In this document: piece after piece, positions 20,746 through 30,151 of the stretch
How positions within the stretch are numbered: the stretch's first letter is position 1
Layout: each line of letters begins with the position of its first letter
Virus record (IMG/VR): IMGVR_UViG_3300011013_000010
Location: 1,778 to 65,777 of that record
Length of the DNA stretch: 64,000 nucleotides
From: a virus
Taxonomy: Duplodnaviria; Caudoviricetes
Reading direction: 5' to 3' (one strand)
Notes under the pieces: model-generated
Database searches by the model: none
What the model was told of the DNA's origin: nothing
What the model saw: the letters and a program-made list of their open reading frames with translations, nothing else
Program-made: the position numbers and the translations under genes

Positions 20746-22122
20746 ATGAATAAAGAAAAGACAGGATTTGCAAGTTTTGGCAAATCTTTTCAAGAACGCC
20801 TTGCGCAGCTGATCTTAGATGACGCCCCGTTCGCAAACCAAGTAGGAGAAGTTCTTGATTTTAACTTTTTTGAACTAAAATACTTACAACTATTTGCAAA
20901 ATTGGTTTACGACTTTAAAGAAAGTTACGGTAAACATCCGAATCGCCCTTCTTTTGAAACCATCCTAAGAAACGATATCAAAGAAGAAAACGATTCTATT
21001 CAGAAGCAGGTTAGAGAGTTCTTTGCACGCATTTCGTCTGGTGCGGTGAAGAGTGTTGATGAAGATTACATTAAAGAAAAGTCTCTTGACTTCTGTCGCA
21101 AGCAGAAGTTGAGGGAAGCGTTTGTTCAAAGCATCGATTTAATGGAAGGTGCTGACTTTGATGAGATTAGTAAGATCGTTAACGATGCTCTGAAGCTTGG
21201 CTCTGATAACGATGTTGGTTATGAGTTCATCGATCAGTTTGAAGATAGATACTCGTTTAAGGCGCGCAATCCAGTTTCCACTGGTCACGATGTTCTTGAT
21301 CGCCTAACTCAAGGTGGCGTTGGGTCTGGCGACCTTGGAGTTGTTATTGCTCCAACTGGCGCTGGTAAATCAATGTGTTTGGTCGACATGGGTGCAGCTG
21401 CTGTACTCGCAGGTAAGAACGTCGTCCACTACACTTTAGAGCTTGCTGACGAGATGGTTGGGCTTCGTTATGATGCTAGAATCACTGGCGTTGGACTCGA
21501 CGCCTTGAGGGCAATGAAAGACGATGTTTTCGACGAAATCAAAGATGTTCCAGGTAAGCTGATAATCAAAGAATATCCCACGAAATCAGCTTCTACAGAG
21601 ACTATTAAGAACCATATTGAACGTTTAATACAAAGAGGCTTCAAACCAGATTTAATAATCGTTGATTACGGAGATCTTTTGAAGCCAAAAAGGTACTCAA
21701 AAGAGAAACGCAATGATCTAGAAACTATCTATGAAGAGCTTCGTGGAATCGGGCAAACTTATAAGTGTCCAGTATGGACTGCGTCTCAAACTAATCGTTC
21801 TGGCTTAAACGCTGAAGTGATTACGATGGAGGCAATTTCTGAGGCATTCTCAAAATGCTTCGTTGCAGATTTCATTTTTTCTTGCTCAAGGACGATTGCG
21901 GACAAACAAGCCAATAGTGGTAGATACTTTATAGCCAAAAACCGATATGGACCTGATGGGGTCATCTGCCCAATTTTTATGGACACTGCTCGTGTAAAGA
22001 TTGAGGTTTATGAACCAACTGGGGAAACAAAGGATGAGATTGAGAAAGCATCTGCTAAGGAACAGGAACTTCGTATGAAAGAGAAATACAAGAAGATTAA
22101 AGAAGCTAAAAACAAAGACTAG
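20746..22122 (+). CDS. DnaB/gp41-like replicative helicase
   Basis: APTGAGKS, YTLE, IIVDYGDLL, WTASQTNR, KNRYG. Confidence 0.9.
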   Translation: MNKEKTGFASFGKSFQERLAQLILDDAPFANQVGEVLDFNFFELKYLQLFAKLVYDFKESYGKHPNRPSFETILRNDIKEENDSIQKQVREFFARISSGAVKSVDEDYIKEKSLDFCRKQKLREAFVQSIDLMEGADFDEISKIVNDALKLGSDNDVGYEFIDQFEDRYSFKARNPVSTGHDVLDRLTQGGVGSGDLGVVIAPTGAGKSMCLVDMGAAAVLAGKNVVHYTLELADEMVGLRYDARITGVGLDALRAMKDDVFDEIKDVPGKLIIKEYPTKSASTETIKNHIERLIQRGFKPDLIIVDYGDLLKPKRYSKEKRNDLETIYEELRGIGQTYKCPVWTASQTNRSGLNAEVITMEAISEAFSKCFVADFIFSCSRTIADKQANSGRYFIAKNRYGPDGVICPIFMDTARVKIEVYEPTGETKDEIEKASAKEQELRMKEKYKKIKEAKNKD

Positions 22123-22137
22123 GGAGGTCTAAATTAA

Positions 22138-24051
22138 ATGCAAGTGTCTGACGAAATAAAAACACCTTGGGGCGAAATCGGTTACATTACTTATAAGAGA
22201 ACATATTCAAGAAACTTGAAAGAAGGGACCGACATCAAAGAAGAATTTTCTGACACTATTGAACGAGTTTTGAAAGGGTGTAAAAAACAGTTAAAAACGA
22301 ACTTTACCGAGGAAGAAGAGAACGAACTAAGAGAGATATTTCTTTCTCTGAAAGGTATCGTCGCAGGAAGATTTCTTTGGCAACTTGGAACTAAGACAGT
22401 TGACAATCTTGGTCTATTAAGTTTACAAAATTGTGCCTTTACAACAGTAGACCATCCTATCGAACCTTTTACTTGGGCAATGGATGCTTTAATGTTGGGT
22501 TCTGGAGTTGGTTTCAATATTCAGAGAGAGTATGTTTATCAAATACCAAAGGTTCAAAAGAAAAAGATTGTCATAGAAAGAATAGAATCAAAAGATGCCG
22601 ATTTTATTGTTCCTGATTCGAGGCAAGGGTGGGTGAAGTTGTTGGGTAAGGTTTTGAAATCATACTTTTTATCTGGTAGAGGGTTTTCTTATTCAACAAT
22701 ATGTGTCAGAGGTGCTGGAACTCCTATTAAGTCTTTTGGAGGAACAGCTAGTGGACCAGAGATTTTAGTCGAAGGTATCGCTAACATTTGCAAAGTATTG
22801 GATAATAGAAAGGGCAAAAAAGTACGTCCTATTGATTGTTTAGATATAATGAATATCATTGGCAGCATTGTGGTTGCAGGAAATGTCAGAAGGTCGGCAC
22901 AAATTGCTATTGGCGACATGGATGATTTTCAGTTTTTAAATGCTAAGCGTTGGGATTTAGGTAATATTCCTAACTGGCGTTCTAATTCGAATAATTCGGT
23001 TGTATGTAATGATTTTAATGAATTGCCAGATTTATTTTGGCAAGGATATCAAGGAAACGGAGAACCTTATGGGTTGATAAATCTTAAAAATGCAAGAAGA
23101 ATGGGGCGTACAGGAGAAACAGAATATGAAGATTTGGGAATAGCTGGATTTAATCCTTGTGCTGAACAAGGTCTTGAATCTAGAGAAACTTGTTGTTTGG
23201 CAGAGGTGTTTTTGCCTAATATTTCTTCTAAAGAAGAGTTGTTAAAAGTAGTTAAGTATTTGTATAGAATCAACAAACATAGCTTGAATTTAAAGTGCCA
23301 TCAAAAAGAAACCGAAGACATTGTTCATAAAAATATGAGAATGGGGATTGGAATTACTGGTTTTTGTATGTCTTCAGAAGAACAAAAAAGTTGGCTAAAT
23401 GAAACATATAAAAAACTTCGCAAGTTTGATGAAGAGTATAGTACACAGCACAATTTTCCAAGAAGTATAAAACTGACTACTGTCAAGCCAAGTGGGACTT
23501 TAAGTCTTCTTGCAGGAGTAACTCCTGGCGCCCACCCTGGGTATTCTACTTATCATATTAGAAGAATACGCATCGCTTCTGATAGTTCTTTAGTAGAGGT
23601 GTGTCGTAAAAATGGTTATAAAGTAGAATATGCTAAAAACTTAGACGGCACAGAAAATTACAATACTGTTGTAGTGGAATTTCCTTGTAGTTTTCCTGAA
23701 TACACTGTAGTGTCTAAAGATCTTTCTGCTATTGAACAATTAGAAATAGTTAAAACTTTACAAAAAGAATGGTCAGATAATTCTGTATCAGTTACCATTT
23801 ATTACAAAATAGAAGAATTGGAAGGTATTAAAGAGTGGATGAAAGAGAATTATAATTCTAAAATTAAGACTTTGTCTTTCTTGTTACACAAAGAACACGG
23901 TTTTGTACAACCTCCTCTTGAGGAAATATCAAAAGAAGAATATGATGATATGGTTAGCAAAACGATTCCAATCATTAATGCTTCTATCTTAGAAGAAGAT
24001 ATTTCAGAAGATCAGATTGGTTGTGATGGCGGCGCATGTCCTATAAAATAG
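22138..24051 (+). CDS. nrdJ: Class II (B12-dependent) ribonucleotide reductase
   Basis: TYKRTYSR, QNCAF, GNVRRSA, NPCAE, TTVKPSGT, C-terminal CDGGACP. Confidence 0.9.
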   Translation: MQVSDEIKTPWGEIGYITYKRTYSRNLKEGTDIKEEFSDTIERVLKGCKKQLKTNFTEEEENELREIFLSLKGIVAGRFLWQLGTKTVDNLGLLSLQNCAFTTVDHPIEPFTWAMDALMLGSGVGFNIQREYVYQIPKVQKKKIVIERIESKDADFIVPDSRQGWVKLLGKVLKSYFLSGRGFSYSTICVRGAGTPIKSFGGTASGPEILVEGIANICKVLDNRKGKKVRPIDCLDIMNIIGSIVVAGNVRRSAQIAIGDMDDFQFLNAKRWDLGNIPNWRSNSNNSVVCNDFNELPDLFWQGYQGNGEPYGLINLKNARRMGRTGETEYEDLGIAGFNPCAEQGLESRETCCLAEVFLPNISSKEELLKVVKYLYRINKHSLNLKCHQKETEDIVHKNMRMGIGITGFCMSSEEQKSWLNETYKKLRKFDEEYSTQHNFPRSIKLTTVKPSGTLSLLAGVTPGAHPGYSTYHIRRIRIASDSSLVEVCRKNGYKVEYAKNLDGTENYNTVVVEFPCSFPEYTVVSKDLSAIEQLEIVKTLQKEWSDNSVSVTIYYKIEELEGIKEWMKENYNSKIKTLSFLLHKEHGFVQPPLEEISKEEYDDMVSKTIPIINASILEEDISEDQIGCDGGACPIK

Positions 24052-24602
24052 AAGAATCCACCAGGAGTGTTATAGAAACAGTAGGAAAAAACAATACACG
24101 TAGAAGGGTTTATTTTTTCGTTTGTGACGAGTGTAAAGGAGAAGTAAAAGGGACAAAAAGTGAAATTGTAAAAAGAAAAAGTAGATTGTGTAGATATTGT
24201 TCTAATCAAATAAAGCTAAATAAAGCTCGTATTGTAGGAAATTGTAATAGAAGTAGACCGTATGAATCTCTTTATAAAAATGTAAAAAGTCTATCAATTA
24301 GAAAGGAAATTGTTTTTCTTCTTTCTTATGAAGAGTTTTTAGAATTTGTGGAAATAAAAAACTGTTTTTATTGTGGTGAGGACATTAAGTGGTCAAAATT
24401 TAACACTAAGAAAAATGGATATAAATATAACTTGGACAGGAAAAAATCTGATCTAGGATATGTTAAAGAAAATTTAGTTGTATGTTGTTGGCGATGCAAC
24501 AATTCAAAAAGCAATAGATACACTTACGAAGAATGGTACGGAATGACTGAGTATTTTAGACATCAAGCATCAGAGCTTGACAAACAGAATGACTTGACTT
24601 GA
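24036..24602 (+). CDS. HNH homing endonuclease
   Basis: CFYCG...LDRKKSDLGYVKENLVVCCWRCNNSK. Confidence 0.8.
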   Translation: MSYKIEESTRSVIETVGKNNTRRRVYFFVCDECKGEVKGTKSEIVKRKSRLCRYCSNQIKLNKARIVGNCNRSRPYESLYKNVKSLSIRKEIVFLLSYEEFLEFVEIKNCFYCGEDIKWSKFNTKKNGYKYNLDRKKSDLGYVKENLVVCCWRCNNSKSNRYTYEEWYGMTEYFRHQASELDKQNDLT

Positions 24603-25941
24603 ACGTTTTGATGTGGTATCTTTAGTGTATCTCAAAAGAAGGACGACAACAATGGTAAAAAAATTCATTGAGGAATATGGCACCCAAAATACCGCAGAGG
24701 GTCGTTTCGCCCTTTTGTATAAAGAAATAGTACGAGAATCATTGAAAAATGGGTGGGGAAATCCTTTCGCAAACGATCATGCTCCAGAGATTTTGATGGC
24801 AAACGCACTGGGTCATAAAATAGGCAAGCAAAAACAAGGTGCTGACGCCCTTGACGAAAACGGCGAAGATGTTGAATATAAAAAAACTTCAAACCAAAGT
24901 GTCCAGGGTACATATAATGGAGTCTCAATTCATCAAACTTGGAAAGAGCAAGTTGAAGGTCGCCCTGCGACCTTGGGTGTGCGCAAGCGCAAAGGCATTA
25001 GAGATAAAACACTTCATGCCAAATTCCACTTTATTGGTATCCTACTGAAGGATAGATATGAATATGAAATAATCTATCGCCTAAGCGGAGAAGACGTTCA
25101 CAACATTTTACTTCCAAAATTTGAGGAATCATATAACAACAAAAAAAATAGGGCAGACCAGCGACTCGGCGCTATCTTAAATGAAAAGGAAATTAAAAAA
25201 TATGGAACCATTGTATACACTAGAAAACAAGGATTGCTTAGAACAAATTAAGACAATCGCAAATAACTCAATTGATTTGATTTTAACAGATCCTCCATAT
25301 TTGATTTCTAAAAAGACTGGTTTTCTTGATTCAAAGGGTGAAAACACCATAGATAGATTTAAGATGAGTTATGATTTTGGAAAATGGGATAAAGAGTCGT
25401 TAGATTTGAATGCTATTGTTAGTCAGTTTTACAGGATTTTAAAGCCTGGAGGAACTTGTGTAGTATTCTATGATATTTGGAAATTACAAGAATTGAAAGA
25501 AGAATATGAAAAAAATAAGTTTAAGCAAATCAGATTTATTGAATGGGTAAAAACAAATCCTGTTCCAATCAACTCAAAGATAAACTATCTAACCAATGCT
25601 AGAGAGGTTGCATTAACAGCAATCAAAAAAAGTAAACCTGTTTTTAACAGTTCTTATGATAACGGGATCTATTCTTTCCCAATCTATCACAGTAAAGATA
25701 GGTTTCATCCTACTCAAAAATCATTGGATTTGTTTGTAGAACTTGTAAAAAAGCACTCTAACAAAGGGGACACTGTTTATGATCCTTTTGCAGGCTCTGC
25801 TACAACTGGAGTAGCTTGCATTAGGACAGGACGTAGTTTCATCGGTGTGGAAAAAGATGATGTTTATTTTAAAAAAGCTAGAGAAAGGTTATTAAAAGAG
25901 GAGAAGAATATTTCTTCTCAAGAGCTTGACAAGCAGAATGA
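24572..25941 (+). mobile_element. Two-gene cassette bracketed by 21-bp direct repeats AGAGCTTGACAA(A/G)CAGAATGA
   Basis: Repeats at 24572-24592 and 25921-25941, one mismatch. Confidence 0.6.
24652..25251 (+). CDS. Putative PD-(D/E)xK restriction endonuclease
   Basis: GADALD...VEYK motif; overlaps an MTase gene; own promoter TTGACT-17-TATCTT at 24594-24622. Confidence 0.55.
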   Translation: MVKKFIEEYGTQNTAEGRFALLYKEIVRESLKNGWGNPFANDHAPEILMANALGHKIGKQKQGADALDENGEDVEYKKTSNQSVQGTYNGVSIHQTWKEQVEGRPATLGVRKRKGIRDKTLHAKFHFIGILLKDRYEYEIIYRLSGEDVHNILLPKFEESYNNKKNRADQRLGAILNEKEIKKYGTIVYTRKQGLLRTN

Positions 25942-25951
25942 TCTGTGTTAG
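25202..25951 (+). CDS. Beta-class N4-C/N6-A DNA methyltransferase
   Basis: TDPPY, HPTQKS, DPFAGSATT. Confidence 0.9.
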   Translation: MEPLYTLENKDCLEQIKTIANNSIDLILTDPPYLISKKTGFLDSKGENTIDRFKMSYDFGKWDKESLDLNAIVSQFYRILKPGGTCVVFYDIWKLQELKEEYEKNKFKQIRFIEWVKTNPVPINSKINYLTNAREVALTAIKKSKPVFNSSYDNGIYSFPIYHSKDRFHPTQKSLDLFVELVKKHSNKGDTVYDPFAGSATTGVACIRTGRSFIGVEKDDVYFKKARERLLKEEKNISSQELDKQNDLC

Positions 25952-25954
25952 AAT
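25926..25954 (+). promoter_or_regulatory. Sigma70-like promoter with AATGATCT spacer
   Basis: TTGACA-17-TAGAAT. Confidence 0.75.
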
Positions 25955-25981
25955 GAGTAAAACCAAAGGCATGGAGGTAAA

Positions 25982-26254
25982 ATGTCTGAAGAACAACGTG
26001 GTGATGAAGAAGTGCTATCGGAAGAAGATCATCTGAAGAACTTCTTTAAGGAAATGGTAACCGTAGATCGAACTATGGAGCCATTGCGCGAGCATATGAA
26101 GGCTCTTAAGGCAAACTATGCAGAAAACAAGTGGCTTACTCGTGAACAGATGAGTATGGTCCTTAAAGCTTATCGTGCTCACAAGAACGATCTTGATCTT
26201 GAAGCTCTTCAAGATATGGTTGATATGGTCCAAAAGGAAATCAACCGAGTATGA
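25982..26254 (+). CDS. Small dsDNA-binding protein (GapR/DsbA-like, putative)
   Basis: 90-aa helical pattern LREHMKALK...VLKAYR; strong SD GGAGG. Confidence 0.4.
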   Translation: MSEEQRGDEEVLSEEDHLKNFFKEMVTVDRTMEPLREHMKALKANYAENKWLTREQMSMVLKAYRAHKNDLDLEALQDMVDMVQKEINRV

Positions 26255-26436
26255 GAAAATCACGTAAAATCGCTCGCAACATTGTTCAAACCATTAACAC
26301 GAGTGTGTTTGTGGGTGTTACTACTGTTGCGAGCGGTGTACGTTTTGTCGCCGATTTAATGGAAGAGGGTGTTGAAGCTTTCGATTCTCTCGGACGTCAC
26401 ATTGAAGACAAGATTGAGGAGATTGATAAACAATGA
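26251..26436 (+). CDS. Hypothetical protein
   Basis: ATGA-coupled to both neighbours. Confidence 0.55.
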   Translation: MRKSRKIARNIVQTINTSVFVGVTTVASGVRFVADLMEEGVEAFDSLGRHIEDKIEEIDKQ

Positions 26437-26756
26437 AGTTTATACCGAAAAATAGACGTATTCTTTTAAAGTCGCTCGATAAAGATTCTGTTGAGGTACC
26501 TCAAGAAAGACCGGATGGTATTATTTTACCAGACTCACCATTGTCACAAGCGCCTAAGTCAGCTCACGGTCTATATCAAGTCATCGACAAGGCAGATGAT
26601 GTTACTGTAGGTTGTTGGGAAGATGATTTGGTACTTGTGGAATCAAATATGGTTGAAGAATTTATTTGTCGTTCTGAGACACAGGAAGAACATTTTCTGA
26701 CAATTCTTGAAAATTACATCATTGGAGTGGTCACTCTTGAAGAAGGGAACCAATAA
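26433..26756 (+). CDS. groES: GroES-like co-chaperonin
   Basis: MKFIPKNRRILL, GIILPD, ILENYIIGVV. Confidence 0.7.
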   Translation: MKFIPKNRRILLKSLDKDSVEVPQERPDGIILPDSPLSQAPKSAHGLYQVIDKADDVTVGCWEDDLVLVESNMVEEFICRSETQEEHFLTILENYIIGVVTLEEGNQ

Positions 26757-26768
26757 ACTATTTACTGT

Positions 26769-27503
26769 ATGAATAAAAAATGGGAATCAAAATGGAAACA
26801 ATATCAGAGATTATCGGCGCAGCAAATGCTTGCCGAATCTTTGGTTGATCCACAAGCGCAAATAGAACAAGAGCCAGGCAGAGGCTCTCCTGCTGAATAT
26901 GCAGAGAGATTCTTAGATCAGGAGTTGATGAAAGGTCTTACTCTTTTGGAAGAAGGCGATGATGATCCGAGTGCTATTGATTTAATATCTAAAGACATTT
27001 GGGAAGAAGGAGATCCGCACAGGTTTGCTGAATCTCTCTATTCTTCCAAAAGAGAATCAATGTTGACACCCTATGATTTGGGTGAGTTCGCTTCAATGAA
27101 GCTTTTTAAATTAAAAAACTATAATATCGGGTTTGCCCTTAAGAGTGACGGTGATATTGTGGCAGTACACAACAACGCAGGCGTAAGAGGTGCAGGACCC
27201 GCTCTCATGACTGCTGCTATCAGAAATGGTGGCTCAAAGTTGGATCATTTTGATGGCTTTCTAACTGGTTTTTACGAAAGTAATGGTTTTGGAAAGGTCG
27301 TCGGTGTTGATGCTTGGAATGATGAGTACGCTCCTGATGGTTGGCAATACGAGACTGTTAACATTTGGGATCCTCGCAACAGTGTCTATGCTAAAGAGTT
27401 AGCAAAATATAACAAAATGGAAGAAGTGCCAAAAGAATTGATGGCTAAAATCCAATCATACGAAAAGGGCAAGCCAGATATCGTGTACCGCGTAAAGGGG
27501 TAA
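26769..27503 (+). CDS. Putative virion protein with GNAT-like domain
   Basis: VRGAGPALMTAAIRNGGSKLDHFD..LTGFYESNGF; late motif at 26757. Confidence 0.5.
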   Translation: MNKKWESKWKQYQRLSAQQMLAESLVDPQAQIEQEPGRGSPAEYAERFLDQELMKGLTLLEEGDDDPSAIDLISKDIWEEGDPHRFAESLYSSKRESMLTPYDLGEFASMKLFKLKNYNIGFALKSDGDIVAVHNNAGVRGAGPALMTAAIRNGGSKLDHFDGFLTGFYESNGFGKVVGVDAWNDEYAPDGWQYETVNIWDPRNSVYAKELAKYNKMEEVPKELMAKIQSYEKGKPDIVYRVKG

Positions 27504-27577
27504 TGTCTGGTTTAATCATTTTTGGAAGTTTTTTGCTTATAGCTTTGGTGGCTAGAATAATAACTAAAGATCTGTAG
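27503..27577 (+). CDS. 24-aa single-TM peptide
   Basis: MSGLIIFGSFLLIALVARIITKDL, TAATG-coupled. Confidence 0.45.
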   Translation: MSGLIIFGSFLLIALVARIITKDL

Positions 27578-27586
27578 GAGGATTTT

Positions 27587-28327
27587 ATGAATGAAGGAAT
27601 TTCTGGAGAGAAATATAACAAGCACATCGATCTATATGTTGATTACGGCGACGGCATCGGTGCTGTTGACTATGTCCAACATTGCGGCTCCGATCTAATG
27701 TTTTGTAATGCTGCTCGTGTCAGTTTTGGCAAACACAAAGAAATCTTTGACGCTTCAGATGAAAAACTCATCAGATATATGATTGAGCACGGACACACAA
27801 GTCCATTTGAACACGCTTCCGTTACATTCAGATTCAAGGTACCTCTCTTTACTCGTTCGCAACACCACAGGCATCGTACGTGGTCTTATAACGAGATTTC
27901 CCGTAGGTACACAGATTTCAATATTGAGTTCTATGAGCCAAACGCTTTCAGAACTCAACACAAAACCAACCGTCAAGCAAGCAATGCTGATGAGTTGATT
28001 AATCCAGAGATTTGGGATATCGAAGAAGACACTGTTGATGCTGCAACCGCTGTTAAGCTTTTTCATAAAGAGGCTCTTCATCTTTACCAAAGACTTCTTG
28101 AAGCAGGCATCTGCAAAGAACAGGCTCGTGGTGTACTTCCACAAAATATGTACACCGAGTATTACGGCACAGTCAATTTGGCAAATGCTTTGAAGTTCAT
28201 CAATCTTAGAGACCACGATGGCGCTCAAGAAGAGATCGCTCGTCCAGCTAGAGCTATGTTGGAAATTGTCACTGACTTGTTCCCTGTCACTGTGAAGGCG
28301 TACAGAGAGATTCGTGAACACTCATGA
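27587..28327 (+). CDS. thyX: Flavin-dependent thymidylate synthase
   Basis: AARVS, HTSPFEH, RHRTWSYNEISRRY, EQARGVLP. Confidence 0.95.
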   Translation: MNEGISGEKYNKHIDLYVDYGDGIGAVDYVQHCGSDLMFCNAARVSFGKHKEIFDASDEKLIRYMIEHGHTSPFEHASVTFRFKVPLFTRSQHHRHRTWSYNEISRRYTDFNIEFYEPNAFRTQHKTNRQASNADELINPEIWDIEEDTVDAATAVKLFHKEALHLYQRLLEAGICKEQARGVLPQNMYTEYYGTVNLANALKFINLRDHDGAQEEIARPARAMLEIVTDLFPVTVKAYREIREHS

Positions 28328-29090
28328 GTATGAATACGATGAAATAGTAATAGGTGGTAGTCTCTCATCGTTGCTTTATGCTTACCATGAGTCAAAACCA
28401 ATACTCTGGGTTGAACCACGCCTTCCCTATTTCTTCGATAAAACAACAAATGGAGAATCAAAGCTAGAGATTTGGAAGAGAATGGCATTCTTGCTATCTC
28501 TTTCAGGTCTTGCTCCATTTGGAGACAAGGTGACAAGTTATCGTGAAGATGACGGACTGCTCAAGGTTTTTGGCAAAGAGCCTTATTTTGTTAGAGTAAA
28601 AGCAAAGAAGATAAACTACTATGACGAACCTCTTGTTGAGAAAGAAAATACGATTTTTGAGGTGGTTGATTGGATCAACGTTCGTCGTGGGATGTGTCAT
28701 TCTTATGATTTTCTTGAGTCTAAGACTAGATTTGTAAAACACGTTTATTTTTATCGCTCTGATAGGATTGAGGGAGAACACGATAAAAAAGATGCAGTTG
28801 TACTTTCTTATTTGAAACAAAAACAATTAAATGATGATGGATATTCTGAAACCTACGTGAGATTAAAACTTCTCAATATGATGAAAAAGGCTGGCATTCA
28901 CGGGTGCAAAGATGGCTTCTACAAAGGAAAGCAAAGATTTTTATCTCCTAAAATAGAGCCTGTGCAGCGTGATATTCGCATATGCGACACCAAAAGAGAA
29001 GATCAACTCTTAATCAAATACAACAAAAAAGATCCAAATCACGAACAGTTGGCAACTTGGGCTGACATATTAGGAGAGCCTTATGAGTGA
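28314..29090 (+). CDS. Hypothetical with degenerate Rossmann-like N-terminus
   Basis: YDEIVIGGSLSSL. Confidence 0.45.
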   Translation: MNTHEYEYDEIVIGGSLSSLLYAYHESKPILWVEPRLPYFFDKTTNGESKLEIWKRMAFLLSLSGLAPFGDKVTSYREDDGLLKVFGKEPYFVRVKAKKINYYDEPLVEKENTIFEVVDWINVRRGMCHSYDFLESKTRFVKHVYFYRSDRIEGEHDKKDAVVLSYLKQKQLNDDGYSETYVRLKLLNMMKKAGIHGCKDGFYKGKQRFLSPKIEPVQRDIRICDTKREDQLLIKYNKKDPNHEQLATWADILGEPYE

Positions 29091-29997
29091 TATTGAAGTA
29101 AAACATTCAAATAAGAGGGCTTTTCATCTCGCCGGTATTATACCCGTGGCTGCGCAGCCGTTGGACTTTAAAATGCCGTGGAACGATTGTCTGATGCCCG
29201 TGGCGCCTAACTATATGGCGATCGAACGCGCCGTGTATGAGTGCGCTAGTGCTGGTTGTGAAACCATATGGATTGTATTACACAAAGAAGCTCAACCTCT
29301 CATTCGCCACAGGTTAGGAGATTGGGTTAAAGATCCTGCTTGGCTCTATCAAGAGAGAAAAAGATTTGATTGGGATGCTAAAAATAATGAGAAAGAAATT
29401 CCAATCTATTATGTTCCTATTCATCCTAAAGATAGAGACAAAAGAGATTGCTTACCTTGGAGTGTAATCTATGGTGCGAGTAGGGCTTACCATATCTCTA
29501 AGAAGATCAGTCAATGGGTCGTGCCAGATAAGTATTATGTAGCATTTCCGTATGGTGTGTATTCTTGTCAAAAGATCCGTAGAGAGTATAGAGAAAAGAT
29601 TTCTTCGCATGAGAGATTCTTTGTACGTTGGAACGGCAAGACTGTAGCAGATGGAGAGTATCTTGGATTCACATTTAATGCAGAAGATTTTGTACGATTC
29701 AGAAGGACTATTCGCGAAGGAACTGGCATTAGAATACCAGGAAATAGCTTTGAAGAGGGTTTTGAGAACCTACCGCCTGAACAAAGATGGAGCGCACGCC
29801 ATTTTACTGTTGACAAAGTTTTTGGAAGTGCTATATTAGAGGGAGCGAACATTGGACCGGTAGAGTGGTACTACAATATCGGCGACTGGGATGGTTATTG
29901 CGATTATCTTGGTTCTAAAGAGAGAGAGTGGGTTAGAAGACCCAATAGCATTTTGAAATATAAAGAGTTTAACCCGATTGGAGAAGATGATGATTGA
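29083..29997 (+). CDS. Sugar-nucleotidyltransferase-fold protein
   Basis: AGIIPVAA..CLMPV..IERAVYECASAGCETIWIV. Confidence 0.55.
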   Translation: MSDIEVKHSNKRAFHLAGIIPVAAQPLDFKMPWNDCLMPVAPNYMAIERAVYECASAGCETIWIVLHKEAQPLIRHRLGDWVKDPAWLYQERKRFDWDAKNNEKEIPIYYVPIHPKDRDKRDCLPWSVIYGASRAYHISKKISQWVVPDKYYVAFPYGVYSCQKIRREYREKISSHERFFVRWNGKTVADGEYLGFTFNAEDFVRFRRTIREGTGIRIPGNSFEEGFENLPPEQRWSARHFTVDKVFGSAILEGANIGPVEWYYNIGDWDGYCDYLGSKEREWVRRPNSILKYKEFNPIGEDDD

Positions 29998-30151
29998 TAA
30001 AAAACTTCGCCTACCGCCACCTGACGTTATGTTTGAGCTAATCAAAGCCCGCAGTGAAGAGATCCAGCGCATTGGGGTTTGTTGGCATTGTGATCAATGT
30101 CCGTGTGATTGTCGAGTAAAAAGAGAAACAATTCAAGAGGAGAGTAAATGA
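29990..30151 (+). CDS. 53-aa Cys-rich protein
   Basis: CWHCDQCPCDC; TGA overlaps dnaE start (ATGA). Confidence 0.5.
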   Translation: MIDKKLRLPPPDVMFELIKARSEEIQRIGVCWHCDQCPCDCRVKRETIQEESK

